A stretch of 64,000 nt of DNA, from the NCBI GenBank assembly GCA_028534125.1, contig CM052818.1, positions 4,776,001 through 4,840,000 on the forward strand. Reading direction: 5' to 3'. This stretch comes from Lama glama. Its lineage: Eukaryota. A program made the position numbers and the translations under genes. Shown piece by piece: positions 1-12,960 of the stretch (positions are counted from its first letter, which is position 1; each line of letters opens with the position of its first letter). Under the pieces are notes generated by a model, which worked only from the letters and a program-made list of their open reading frames with translations, made no database searches and was not told the origin of the DNA.

Positions 1-340
1 TTAACCGGTTCGAGTGGAAATGTGATTCCAGTCAAGGTTAATGGGGAAATGGTTAATGAAGGGTACAGATTCCAAAGCTGCATGATGCCATATTGTATCT
101 CACAGAGGTAATTAATACTGGAGACTCTGGCTAAATGGATGCATCAGACACAGCAGACAACTTGACATCCTTCACACCGTATAGAGAGGCTCCTCCGGCT
201 GCCCTAATACCGACAGTGTGACGTCTGAGGTCGCGTTTTCCATCCCTTTTCCTCATGGAGTCGGGGTGGTACTGAGGGAAAAACACCAGACAGGGAGACG
301 GGAGAGGGAGCACCAGCCCCGACTCAGTTACCCGGAGGCG

Positions 341-428
341 GTGTGTGACCTTGGGCAAGTGTCTTTCTACTTCTCCTGAACTCAGTGTCCTCGTCTATAA
401 AATGAAGGGATTGAATTGGATCATCTTT
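341..428 (+). mobile_element. MIR SINE core fragment
   Basis: TGTGACCTTGGGCAAGT...CTCAGTGTCCTCGTCTATAAAATGAAGGG resembles the MIR core; boundaries approximate. Confidence 0.75.
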
Positions 429-3400
429 TTTGAATTGGAGAAGTCTTTTTTGAAGACTTTTTTTTTTTTTTTAATCTGGGATTCCCTGCACTTACTTCAT
501 CACCATCCTGCCATGATCACTTACCTACCTGGGTATCTAATGGGTATATGGATATGTAATATAATAAAATTATGGGTATATAATTGTGTAAATATGGGTG
601 GGAGTTTGCATATATAAATACAGAAGCAGGTAGACAATTCCCTACACTGAAGTATGTGTACTTAGAAGGCAATCCTCATGCTGACTTTGAAATGCCACAA
701 CCTTCGAGATGAATGTCAAAAAAAGTTGCTGTTTCTACTATCAATATTCAGGTTTTTCAATTCCTCTCCCATTTTTCCCCCCAAAGGGTAAACTCATAGG
801 AGTGAGGTTATCTATAGAATTAAAATGCCTGGGGTTGTGGTGAGCTTGGGTGAAAAAGCTCCCTTAGCCTGTCGGCCCCAGGATGATCTGTCCCTAAGAA
901 GTCCCTTCTTTTGTCTCATTCCCTTGTTCTGAACACGGCAGGCGGAAGAATGAGGCTCAGGCTCTTGAAGTGGCAGGTGAGGGAAGGACCGGGGATCATG
1001 TTACATCCTCTGCATGGAGCTGTCTCCTTCGGCTGTCTGGAATCTTCCCAGCTCACCTATTGGAGTAGAGGGGCTTAAAAGTAGGGCATTTGCACACACA
1101 GATTTTTCACCCCAGCGATCATCGTATTGACAGGCATGGCTTCAGCTAAACACGTTTCTCTCTGTGCTCAGGCCTGTTTGTAGGTGGCATCCCCAGGGCA
1201 GATTCTGTCTTTATCCCAGCCTCTGAACTCACTCACTGCTGCATTTTAAATCCCCAGGTGCACCTTGTTTATTTCTCCCTTCTCACCTGCCTTGAACCCC
1301 CGCCTTCCCGGTCCTTCCTCTTTCCTCGTCTGTCAAAAAAGAAGAGAAAACAGCACACAAAAGCAACCCCTGCTGGGGTATCTGGGGATAGAAGTCATTC
1401 CAGCTTCTTGTCGAGAATTCGAGAGATAACCTTCCTGAGGTTTTGAATGAAGTAGCTTTAAAAGGCCGGTGAAATCCAAAATGTGGGGGTGAGAGGGGGC
1501 CCCAGAAGTGACAGCTTTACACATACAACCTCCAGATCCCATCTCCCTTCTCAGGCAATGGGGAGGGAAATCTCGGAGGGCTGGCAGCCCCAGAGCCGAG
1601 TCACCACACGACGCTGACAGCTGCGGAATTACACCTATTGATTGTGGTGTAGGAGCACATGTTTCATCAACCTTTAATTGAGCCAGTTCCTAAAGAGAAC
1701 AGGGTCAGCTTTGGCTGTGCCACCGGGTCTAAGCAGCTGTAACTGAGCCCTGATTGACACCTCTTCAACAGACCCTCATTTGGTAGATTTTTCACATTCC
1801 GTGGGTTCTAGAACCTTGGTCCTCAGCTGAGAGCATTCTTCAGAATCACTGGTGGAAGTGGTTCTACATGCAGAAGATGGTGCCTCATTCTGGCCGACTC
1901 TGATTCGATGTCCAGGGAGGACGGTGGGCGATTTCTCATAAACTCTTTTTTTTTTTAAGGCACTTCCAATGAGCACAAATGAATACTCAGAAACTTCTGG
2001 AGGATGCCAGTGCAAACCGAGAGACGAAGTTAGCAAGTTAAGTGGACAAAGAAATGCTGGGATTGTGAAATCCTCCTGGCGTGTCTCTTTCCACGCGACG
2101 GGACACTGATGAGGGATGTATTAGCACTGGCTTTGTGTCGATTTCAAGTGGAAAAACATCGCTCTTTGTTTTATTGTGGCGCCGCTTGCTTCATTTCAAG
2201 GAACAATTGGACTTTCTGGGGGGAGGGCATCACGTACACACAGCTGCCCCCAGACTCCACCAGGAGGGCCCTGTGCCAGCCAGCATCCCAGATGTGTCAG
2301 GGAAGCTGGCGTGTCCTGAAAGAATAAACTGCATTGCATTACATGATACTGTCTAATGTGGGGTGACCTCCTCCCATTGTTATGCTGGGTGGGTGCTCTG
2401 ACTGTTCTGATTTTGATTTCTGGGTAATTGCTTCCTCCTGGATTCAGCCTCTTTTTTTTTTTTTTTTTGGAGTTGTGGGGGGGCGGTTCCCAGACAGATG
2501 CCTCCACCGATCCCATGTCGCCCTTCTCAGCCTCCCTCAAAGCCTAGCTTGTTCCTTAATGAATCTGCCACACACTGAGCCGGGGCCAAGGCCAGTCGAA
2601 AGGCAGTTCCGTCAAAATACGCAGGATGGAAAAGCCGGTTCCCATTCTGAATTTATGTTTCCCTTCTGTCCCACCTGACCGGGGCGGGGTGGGGGGGCTG
2701 CGAGGTGGGGATGGGGGAACGTGTGCATCCCAGCTACTGTTAAACGGTCCTAATCCCGGAGACTCGACTCTGTTTACCTTTCTGCTCCGCTTTGCCTCTG
2801 AAGCTGGCTTTCTTATTGGTGGATTGGCAGGGCCCTGTGGCTCCTATACATTTTGAAGCTGCATTCCCCAGAGTTGGTCCCAGTGATGGAGACCTGCACT
2901 TTGTCTTTTAAGCAGATAAAAAGAGAGGTCAGTCAGAAGTAATTCCCCTACTCCTCGTATAAACAATTTAACTGCTGCAGCAACATACTTGCTTGGAATT
3001 ACTCCCTCAGATTCAATTCCCTTTTCCTGCTCCACTTGTAAAAATGGTTAGTGTCCTCTATAAACTGCAGCTCACCAAGGCGCGGGGCTTGCTGTGCGGC
3101 TGTAGAATAAATGTTAATCTAATGCAGGTTACTAGGTCAAATGCAATCACAGGCTTGTGGGAAAAGCTTAATACTGTTCTGCTTCTTCTAACACAGTAAA
3201 CCTGGATATTATATGATAGGTTAAACACCAGTGAACCATGGCAAGAATTTTCTTGAAAGTGGGATTTAGTACAAAGGAAACTACATTGAAATGGTGACCC
3301 AGGATTGACTTCGCTTTCCAAGAGAGCATCCTAAGATGCCGGAGTGCACCGGGAAAATGGACCCCTTAGAAATGTGATGTTCTAGAATTCCTGGCTTAGG

Positions 3401-3503
3401 GGATGAATGGCCAGCTGGAGCAGCTGTGACACAGTCAGAGGTTTCAGATGTTGTCAAACTGTGACCTCAATCCCCCCTCATTCTCTGAAAATTCACGAGT
3501 GCA

Positions 3504-3504
<1 letters not shown>

Positions 3505-3536
<32 letters not shown>
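3505..3536. repeat. (AC)16 microsatellite
   Basis: Direct reading. Confidence 0.97.
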
Positions 3537-3539
<3 letters not shown>

Positions 3540-3778
3540 CTTCCCTTATGAAAAGTTAGCGTGGCATGGGATGGCCTGTTAGAATTTCGATTCCAGCTTG
3601 AACATCCAATAAACACAACGTCAGGCGTGCTGAGCACATGCGGGCCAACTGTCCTGAGAAGACGCTGCGTAGACCTTCCTGGAGGTGGAGTACTCGCTGT
3701 GTTATGTGGATGTTACTGTATTAAGTGTTCCCAGCCTGTGTTCGTGATCAAATGCCAAAGCTGAGATGTACATGTACC

Positions 3779-4278
3779 NNNNNNNNNNNNNNNNNNNNNN
3801 NNNNNNNNNNNNNNNNNNNNNNNNNNNNNNNNNNNNNNNNNNNNNNNNNNNNNNNNNNNNNNNNNNNNNNNNNNNNNNNNNNNNNNNNNNNNNNNNNNNN
3901 NNNNNNNNNNNNNNNNNNNNNNNNNNNNNNNNNNNNNNNNNNNNNNNNNNNNNNNNNNNNNNNNNNNNNNNNNNNNNNNNNNNNNNNNNNNNNNNNNNNN
4001 NNNNNNNNNNNNNNNNNNNNNNNNNNNNNNNNNNNNNNNNNNNNNNNNNNNNNNNNNNNNNNNNNNNNNNNNNNNNNNNNNNNNNNNNNNNNNNNNNNNN
4101 NNNNNNNNNNNNNNNNNNNNNNNNNNNNNNNNNNNNNNNNNNNNNNNNNNNNNNNNNNNNNNNNNNNNNNNNNNNNNNNNNNNNNNNNNNNNNNNNNNNN
4201 NNNNNNNNNNNNNNNNNNNNNNNNNNNNNNNNNNNNNNNNNNNNNNNNNNNNNNNNNNNNNNNNNNNNNNNNNNNNNN
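3779..4278. other. Assembly gap (500 N)
   Basis: Run of exactly 500 N. Confidence 0.99.
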
Positions 4279-5009
4279 CCACAGACACCCAGAGCTTCTG
4301 GGGGGAAATGCATATTTTAAATTCTATAACAGAAATTCGGATTTTTAGGAAACGAATCGCGTGAACTGGATTCCGTTTCTAAAATCAGTTGTTGGCAGGC
4401 TAGGAAGAGACCTGATGTGGTTAATTTCTGAGCTGTGGCTCTGCGTGGCCATCATCATGTCTGGCCAGCCCATTCTAATCACCACTCTTGTAAAGCTTTG
4501 TCTTCTGCGCTGCCAGCGGGTGTCTGGCCCCTCGGACTCAGAAGAGCTGGCTGGACGGAGGCAGCTGAAATGGATGCTCATTCAGACACTTTCCCTCCAG
4601 CCAGTATTAGCGCCGGCTCCTTCAACAGAAACGGGGATCCCGAGGGCTTCCATTGATTGGAAAATGTCACACACATAATACATAGATGACTTAAAATGCC
4701 CAAGGCCCCTTTGTCTCTTTTTACTGCAGACTGAATGGTCAGGTTTCTCTGCTTCTTTCTCTCCAGGTTCTCCTAAGTTTTTCTTTGAAAAGACGTAAAG
4801 GGGAAAAATGTCCCTTTCTCCCTTGCTTCTGTGTGTCCGTGGAGCATAGAATGCTGGCCAGGGCTATGCCACTGCATGCTTTCCTTGTGAGTTTGTTCCA
4901 CAAGTATTATACTGGGGCTATATGCATAATCATTCAAGTTAGTGGAGACCAGTCTGGCATGTTTTCAGACAATGACTTGCTTGGGATGGAGATGCCCAAG
5001 CATGAGATA

Positions 5010-5748
5010 TTTTTTCTTTTTTTAAATTGAAGTAGAGTTGATTTACAATGTTGTGTTAGTTTCAGGTGTACAGCAAAGTGATTCAGTTTTATATATATAT
5101 ATACATATATATATAAAAATCCCCCCCACATACATATTCTTATATATACAAAAGAAAAGAATAAATGAATGTGTATATACATATAAAAGAATATCTATAT
5201 TTTTAAAAAGAATATCTATTTTTAAGATTCTTTTTCATTATAGATTATTACAAGATATTGCGTATAGTCCCCTGGGCTATACAGTAGGTCCATGTTGTTT
5301 ATCTATTTTATATACAGTAGTGTGTATCTGTTAATCCCAAGCTCCTAGTTTATCCCTCCCCAAACTTTGGTAGCCATAAGTTTGTTTTTCATGTCTGTGA
5401 GTCTCTTTCTGTTTTGTAAATAAGTTCATTTGTCTCATTTTTTAAAGATTCCAGATATAAGTGGTATTATATGATATTTGTCTTTCTCTGATTTCATTTA
5501 GTATGATAATCTCTAGGTCTGTCTATGTTGTTGCTGCAAATGGCATTATTTCATTCTTTTTAATGGCTGAGTAATATTCCATTGCACATAGATACCACAG
5601 CTTCTTTATCCAGTCATCTGTCGATGGGCATTTAGGTTGTTTCCATGTCTTCACTACTGTAAATAGTGCTGCTGTGAACATTGGGGGCATGTATCTTTTC
5701 CAATTAGGGTTTTCTCCAGATATATGCCCAGGAGTGGGATTGCTGAAT
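5010..5748 (-). mobile_element. 5'-truncated LINE-1 (ORF2 C-terminus + 3' UTR + poly-A)
   Basis: Poly-T then L1 3' UTR on +; minus ORF 5523-5837 reads MFTAALFTVVKTWKQPKCPSTDDWIKKLWY...MEYYSAIKKNEIMPFAAT (L1 ORF2p end). Confidence 0.95.
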
Positions 5749-5837
5749 GGGGACATCTTTTTAGGAGGCCATTGGCAACACTCAGAATGGAGATTTGGCC
5801 TCTCTATAGATGTCTGTTCTGCGAGTGAAAGTGGCAT

Positions 5838-5960
5838 TAGGAGTCAGAGGCAGTGTTGCCACTTCTTAGCTGTGTGACCTGAGACCACCTGAGTCCCTTG
5901 TGCCTCAGTTTCAACAGCTGCAAAATGGGGGTGAGATAATTTAGCTTCCCCTTTAGAGAC
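5838..5960 (+). mobile_element. MIR SINE fragment
   Basis: GCCACTTCTTAGCTGTGTGACCT...GTGCCTCAGTTTC...AAAATGGGG. Confidence 0.75.
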
Positions 5961-6696
5961 CTTTCTGACAAGTGGGTCCTTAGCATGCTGGCCTGTTTGC
6001 AGCTACAGGCCATCACTCTTCTCATCGCCCCCGGGCTCCTATCTCACCCCTTTTTTGTATTAAGGTTCTTGACTTGGTCTCTTGTTTGGAAGCCCCGCTT
6101 CTACCCTGTGGACTTAGCGTTGTTATTAGCGCTTCCCAATTTTTCCCAGTGCCACCTATGCCCTCGCCCCTGGCTGAGCCCTCCATCCACTGGCTGGCTG
6201 GGACGGGCAATTGGGAGATGGCCTCCCAGGGCTGTTGAGAGTCACATGGTGGATGATGTGTGAAACGCCTAGTACAGAGTAACGCTCTTTCTCTCCACTT
6301 TCCCAAGGAACACTGTCCACTATCAGAGGAAGTAATTTGGGACAATCACTTAAAATCTCTGAGTCTGTGGAAAATAGGAATAATAATGTTACTCCAGTGG
6401 GTTGGGGGAGAGTCAAGGGGATAACGTAGGTCAAGAAGTTCAAGTCCTTATACCGAAAGAAGTTGAAGCTCTGCTCAGCCAACTCCAGGGCTGGGATTTG
6501 AGAATTCAAACCACCCGAGTGGTGAAAAGTATTTGCTATTTACCCAGTAAGTACAGGACCTAGGGTTCACATTGTTTTTAAGCACCCATAAAAATATCTT
6601 ACTTCCTTTTATTAAATGAAGATTAAAGATAAACTTTAAGATAGAAGAAAATGTTTTAATATATAATTTAAAAATGCATTTAAAAATTTTTACATT

Positions 6697-6790
6697 CTTT
6701 TTTATTGACACATAATGTACAATGTGGCATCAATTTCTGGTATATAGCGTCATGTTTCAGTCATACATGTACATGCGTATATTCTTTTTA
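6697..6790 (-). mobile_element. Short LINE-1 3'-end fragment
   Basis: Poly-T then ATTGA...TACAATGTGGCATCAATTTCTGGTATATAGC...CAGTCATACAT, similar to other L1 tails in the window. Confidence 0.7.
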
Positions 6791-9779
6791 ATTATAAAAA
6801 TATGCATTTTTATAGCAATGCAGTTGCAAAATAAAATTTTTAAGATTTTTTTTGTTGTTGTTGATGGAAGAAGGGGCCATGGAGGCAAAATGCCCATATG
6901 ACCTGGTCATATGCAGGTCATATGAGGTCATATGCAGCCATGACCTCATGACCATGGCCTTGAATGTCTGAACAGCTGATGTACATTATCACCATTTTTA
7001 GCAGACATTCCCTCTCTTCTTTCATGAACCAGGAAGGAAATTCCACATACATAAGCAAAACTGCTTGAAGCTGGTGACTTCCCAGCAAGGGGAACCAGTG
7101 ACAGTCACCAAAGTAAACTGTCTTCTCCATCTCAGGGAGGCAGGTATGGTGAGGAGACCCGTCTTCTGAATGCAGAGAAGTCCCTTGACTACTTCCACTT
7201 GCCCTTGGTTTTCTGTGACTAGGGACTGATCTCGGTTTTATTTGCCATGAGGTCAAAAACATTCTGGGATTGGGTGAAGTCTGAGGGCTTCTGTCAAATG
7301 TAGACTTACATCGAAATGCAGGACTTACGGTGCATCGACTCCCCGGCCCCTCCACCTCAAGGAATACCAGGGTGTTTAGCTCCCCTTAAATAAGGGGAGG
7401 GAAAGCCAGACATTTCCCCCCTGAAATTACTTCCCTGCATGTGAGGATCAAACAGGCTCCCCATTAGGAAGTACGAACGTTCTCTTTGAATCGTTTGAAT
7501 AACTGTAGGGGAGGTCCAAACCTCTGTCCTCACTTCATGCCCTTTCTGCCCTGTCTTCAGTCATCTGGGGAGGCGGTGTCCCCCCAGACAGTCACACCTC
7601 ATCTCTAAGAGAGAGCGCTACGGTGTATAAAGTCATTCTAGCTACGCAATATGGGCTCTGATTCCATCACGACATGATGAAACGGATCAGTTTCTTGGTA
7701 TAAAATCTTAAAAGGGTTCCGTGGACTCTTTAAGCCAAAAAAGGGCTTCTGAAAGCAGTTCAGGAAATTGCCGCTATAGAAGCGACTTCCACATGTGTCT
7801 CTCAGTATCGCCATCTCTCTCTGGACTGCAACACAGAAGAAGAGGACAGCTTATGCTCCTTTGAAAAGAAGGCACAATTAAAAAAAAAAGTCCCTGAGAA
7901 TCATGGGTGTGGGAAAGACATGCAGCCCATTACCTTTCTTTCCTTGGCTTTCAGAGCGATCGGTATTCTCAGTTTGCTACGAGCATGCCGCTCCATCTAG
8001 GTCAAGAGGAATTACGTGTGTGGAACTGAAGCGGAGCGCCGATTTTAAGCAGAGCATGTGATCCTCAGGAGGCAGAGATGTGGTGTAAATTTGCATCTTC
8101 TTAAGACTCACCCTTTCTAAAAACGCTGAAGCCATTTTAATCCGATAAAATAAAAAGGGAAGGGGTGACAATTCCATTCGCAGACTTCACACAACCTTTT
8201 CTTTTCATCTGAGTACAGAAATGCAGAATCATCTGTTCAGCGGTCACATGTCTTTGGGGCAGATTTTTTTTTTAAGTTGTAGTGCACGGAAAAATGGATG
8301 GTGGATATCATGCTTTGGAGACAAGAGGGACACTTTCTGTTCTTGAGGATGAGGGACCGTCCTTCTTTGTGAAGACTTTTCCGAAGTGAGAGCTGAAGGT
8401 ACCTGAGGGGCAGAGAGGCCAGGGTTCGAGGAGGGCCCGTGTCATTAATGAGGACACAGAACACACACTCTTTATGGCATCTGAGCTTCTCTGAAGCCCT
8501 GCCATGGAGCAGAATCTTGGGCTCCTCCCAGCAGAGCTGCCAGTTATTTACTGGAAGCCAATTATGTGGCTCATTCTGTGGTATGTCTTCAGCTTCTGCT
8601 TTTGAATTTCCATGAGCGTTAGGCTTGGTCTTTTTCCTTCTTCTCTCTTGTTGCCGCTGGACTGTGAAACCCACAGTGGAGTCAGATTTCTTGGAACGGG
8701 TTTTCTGTTGATTTGTGCTCTCGCTTTGTCCTCAACTCAGTGCTGGTGTGTCCAAGCCACTGGGTGACACATACAAACAGGCAGATGGCCCTTACTACTG
8801 CCCTGGTGAGTTACCCGAGCAATTCAGGGTAATTGCTCAAAGGGAGCATTTACTCTTAAAGTCAGTCCTGAGGCTTCCTGTTAGTTCAATCTCACAAGTA
8901 GTTTTGGGTGTCCACAGCACTACAGCAGGTGATGTGAGGACCAGAAGGATGAGGAAGGGATGGCTCTGTCTCTCAAGGACTTTACAATCAGGCAGGGAGG
9001 ACAGAAGGGTCTGGAAGAAGTCTGTTAACATGAGATACTCAGTGTGATGTCACACAGACGATGGAGCCCTGCGGGAGGAGTGTGGGCGGGAGCAGGGAAT
9101 AGGAGTTGGGCTGGAAGGGTAAGAAGGGTTTCACCATGTAGAGAAGGTAGGAGGTGAGGGCATCTGTGTTGAAAGGAACAGAAGTAAAAAGACATGGAAG
9201 AGACCTGGTGCCACCAGTGCGCGTGCCCGCACGCGTGCACACAAGGGGAAAGTGCAGTGGGGTACAGACCTTGTGCACTGGATGCTGCTGGAGATGCAAA
9301 GACAAATCAGGCGCCAGGGTGTCCCAGCCCGAAAGAGCTAGTATGGAAGACAGGCCCATGCGTAAATAACTTTAATCTGAAACAGACTGACAGAGATGCT
9401 AGGGGCAAGTCATCCATCGTACATACTTTGCGCCCATCTCAGAAAGAAACTTAAGGAGGAAGGGTCGCATAGGACTTGGTAGGTTTAGATCCAGGGAGTT
9501 GGACCATTAGAAAAGTCAAAGATGACTTCTGCATTTCAAAGGCAATACCTCTGAATGACCGAATGACAGGCATAATACTTTTTGCTCCTTGTTCAGTTAA
9601 AATTTATAATTATTTTCGTCTAATACTAGACAACAACCTACTGTGCTTTTATTCACACTTCAGTGTGTTGATTTATCTGATGGCCTCATAAATGGATATA
9701 AAAACTAAAGTCAACCAAAAAGAACAATGATCTACTGACCTCAAACCCTATCTGCAAATAGGTGCCTTCTAAGAAAAGT

Positions 9780-10345
9780 GTTGTGTGCCCCAACGTTCAC
9801 AGCAGCACTATTTACAGTAGCCACGACATGGAAACAACCCAAACGTCCATCAACAGATGACTGGATAAAGAAGATGCAACACACACACACAATGGAATAC
9901 TACTCAGCCATAAAAAATGAAATGTCATTTGCAAGCAACATGGATAGACCTAGAGATGATCATACTCAATGAAGTAAGTTAGAAAGAGAAAGAAAAATAC
10001 TGTATGATATCACTTATATGTGGAATCTGAAAAAGTGATACAAATGAACTTATTTACAAAACAGAAAGAGACTCATGGACATAGAAAACAAACTTTTGGT
10101 TACTAGGGGGGAAAAGGTGGAGGGATAAACTGGGAATCTGGGATTTGCAGGTACACATTACTGTACATAAAACAGATAGACAACCAGGACCTACTGTATA
10201 GCACAGGGAACTATATTCAATATTTTGTAATATAATGGAACAGAACATACAAATATTTGTGTGTGTAATTGAATGACTATGCTTTTCACTAGAAACTAAC
10301 ACAATTGTAAATCAACTATGCTTCAATAAAAAAATTAAAAAAAAA
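9780..10345 (+). mobile_element. 5'-truncated LINE-1 (ORF2 C-terminus + 3' UTR + poly-A)
   Basis: ORF 9778-9972 reads PTFTAALFTVATTWKQPKRPSTDDWIKK...MEYYSAIK; ends in AATAAA plus A-tail; possible degenerate TSD AAGAAAAGTGTTGTGTG / AAAATAAGTGCTGCGTG. Confidence 0.95.
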
Positions 10346-10664
10346 TAAGTGCTGCGTGTGCAACACATAGGAAGAATGAACATATTTGCAGTGAGAGAGG
10401 GAGCGGAAGTGGTGAATTAAAAATCTGGGGGAGCTATCCCTCTGAAGCCCTGATAACTGGGAAATCTCATAAAGTATTTTTTCTTGCACAGACTGTTGGG
10501 AGGGGCTGAAGAGAGATGGCTTGGTGGGCTGTGGATGTGGAAGGGAGTGATCTGTGTGTCAGGCTGGGTAAGTCACAGTTCTAGAGGCTGGGAGATGGGA
10601 AAACGTGTGCAATAAGCATAAAGTCTTGCGAAGAAGGGGAGGGTTGAGTTCAAGTTAGACAGCT

Positions 10665-10897
10665 GATGGCTACCATTTACTGGGCATTTACTAGGTTGTA
10701 AATCCACGTGGCTCCAAGCACATTATAGCTACTACCTCACTTAAAATGTGAAGTTCATACCAACCTTATTAAGTATATCTTATTATTATGTTCATTTTAC
10801 AGATGAATAAACTGAGGCATTGTGCTTAAATAACTTGCCAAGACGCACAGTTAGAAGTGGGTGGTACCCAGAGCTTTTGCACTTAATCCCTTTGCCA
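10665..10897 (-). mobile_element. MIR SINE
   Basis: CATTTTACAGATGAATAAACTGAGGCA...TAACTTGCCAAGACGCACAG is the reverse MIR core. Confidence 0.85.
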
Positions 10898-11644
10898 AAA
10901 TAACTCTAGGTAAAAGAAGGCAAAAGAAGAGAGGTATTCGACCTTTGGGTCTTCCTGTATAAAATAATGTTTTGTTTAGATTCAAGGACAGAATTTGTAA
11001 AACCTTTTTAAATTCCCTGGGGGAAAAACGCTGGATCACAGAATCATACAGTTTTAGAATGCTAAACACCAGGATTTATTTCTCATTCATAATATTTTTG
11101 AAGTGTTTTTAGATGAAGGAACTGAGACTGAGAATCAATTAAAATCACCACATGTTCACGGGAGGTGATCAGCATACACTGAGACAGGCAGAAGGATGCT
11201 CACCGGCGTGCTGACATGACCCCACTGTGGGCAAGGACAAGGAAGCAGAGATCACGCATTTTAACAGAGGGCTGTAACTCTGCAAGGGAACCTCTCAGCA
11301 CAAGGGAGAAGGCCTACTTGACTTCCTAGGGAAGCAAAGTGGATGTCCAAGGGGCTTCTGACTCAACTTTCAGATGAAGTGTTCACTCTTCTCTGAAGAT
11401 GCCCTCCATGGCTGTTCAGTCTTAAACCACAGATAACATCACTTTTTCCTCCATGAACTTATGTTTAATAAATTCTCAGGGTACAGTATAGAATCTGTGT
11501 TGACTGGTGACTTGCTTTTCCAGTCAAATCCAATAGACTTTTGCATTTGTTTGATGGTTAGTTGAAGTCCTTATAAGGGCTATCTGAAAGTGTGTGAGGT
11601 GGATTTGCCCAGTGGTGAGGGGTCTAGCAGATAACCTTGAGCTG

Positions 11645-11858
11645 GCTTCAAGTTCAACCTCCACAATGACTTGTAAGTTGTTTAACTTCGGGCAAGATTC
11701 TTTACCTCCATACGTCTCAGTTTTCTCATGTGTAAAATGAGTGAAATAATAATCCCTGTATCATAGGATTTGAGGGAGGATTAAATGAGCCAGGGCAGAT
11801 AAAGGGCTTAGCATTTGCCCGGCTCAGAATGAGAACTCAATATATCTTAGCTAATTAT
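11645..11858 (+). mobile_element. MIR SINE
   Basis: GGGCAAG...CTCAGTTTTCTCATGTGTAAAATG...GAGGATTAAATGAG...GCTTAGCA. Confidence 0.85.
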
Positions 11859-12253
11859 AACAAACAAAATAAATTCATTGTAAAATTTGTATTGTGTGAG
11901 TCCATCATTTGAAAACATAAACTATAGTAGGATATATAATGATCCACGAGTTAACAGAGTTTATTATTGCAAACAGCGAACTTCCTCTTCCAAGCTGGGT
12001 TTCCAAACTCAAGAGGCCCCCTCAGTAGGGAGGGTAACCAATAAAGAGTGGCCATGTTTAGAAAATCCTTTATGGAGACAGCTCTGTTGTTTGCAATCCG
12101 TCGTGGGAAAACTCCTGTGAAAAACTCTCTTCCAGAATTAGAGTTAGGAAATGCCTTTCTCCCTCTAAGGCTTTCTTACCTTAGAAAAGGAAAGCCACCT
12201 CTTTCCCAACCCTGCCCGTTTTATTTTGGCTGCCAATAACCGCAGTGTTTATT

Positions 12254-12352
12254 GCGGGGCAGGGGCTAGCTCAGTGGCAGAGGGCATGCTTAGCACGCAC
12301 GAGGTCCTGGGTTCTAGCCTCCGTACCCCCACTATAAACAACTCAAAATAAA
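12254..12352 (+). mobile_element. Camelid tRNA-Ala-derived SINE (vic-1 type), short form
   Basis: TAGCTCAGTGGCAGAGGGCATGCTTAGCACGCACGAGGTCCTGGGTTC plus A-rich tail; degenerate TSD AATAACCGCAGTGTTTAT / AAGAACCTCAGTGTCTGT. Confidence 0.9.
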
Positions 12353-12769
12353 AAGAACCTCAGTGTCTGTGCTCAGCTGCAGAAATTTCCCTTAGCATAG
12401 ATTGGCTTTTTATTTTTCTTATGTCTTTGCACTCATTTTAATGATTTTTCAGCTTTATGATATTTGTGTCTTATATTTTAAGCTTCCTCAAAACCCTTCT
12501 ATAACCTGGAGAAGAGAAATGTAAGTACAACAAAATACTATCACGCAGGCGGTTTTTCTTAGAAACATACCGTATGCTCAGTTCTGCAAATCTGGTTTGA
12601 GACATTTTTATTTGACCAAAACCCTTGAGGTTATTTAATTGCAATGGGGAAGGGGTCTTACAAGGGCCTCTGGGTCAAGGCTGTTACGTGGGCTGACCTG
12701 GTGGGGACATAATTTGCTAATGAGTCAACGCAGTTAATAATCATAAAATAATGCCAAACAACCAAGCAA

Positions 12770-12960
12770 AACAACAGCTAACGCTTATAGATACCCTCAT
12801 ATACCTTAGCTCACTTATTTTTCTCATCGTCCTGCAAATGAGGAAACGTGATTTTCGGCTTCATTTCATAGGAGAAAACAAAGGCTTAGGAATGGTTGGA
12901 GTTATGCTCCAAGTCTCCCAGGAATTAATTGCCTTAATCAAGATTTAAAGTCAGATCTTA
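12770..12960 (-). mobile_element. MIR SINE (degenerate)
   Basis: AACAGCTAACGCTTATAG...CATTTCATAGGAGAAAACAAAGGCTTAG...CAAGATTTAAAGTCAGATCT. Confidence 0.6.

Noticed and set aside
3702..4348. Long ORFs (172-248 aa) here and at 25.4-25.9 kb and 55.8-56.6 kb
   Set aside because: Artefacts of translating through N gaps
9217..9243. Alternating purine-pyrimidine palindromic tract, with a 12-bp reverse-complement match near 14925
   Set aside because: Most simply decayed (CA/TG)n-type low-complexity sequence
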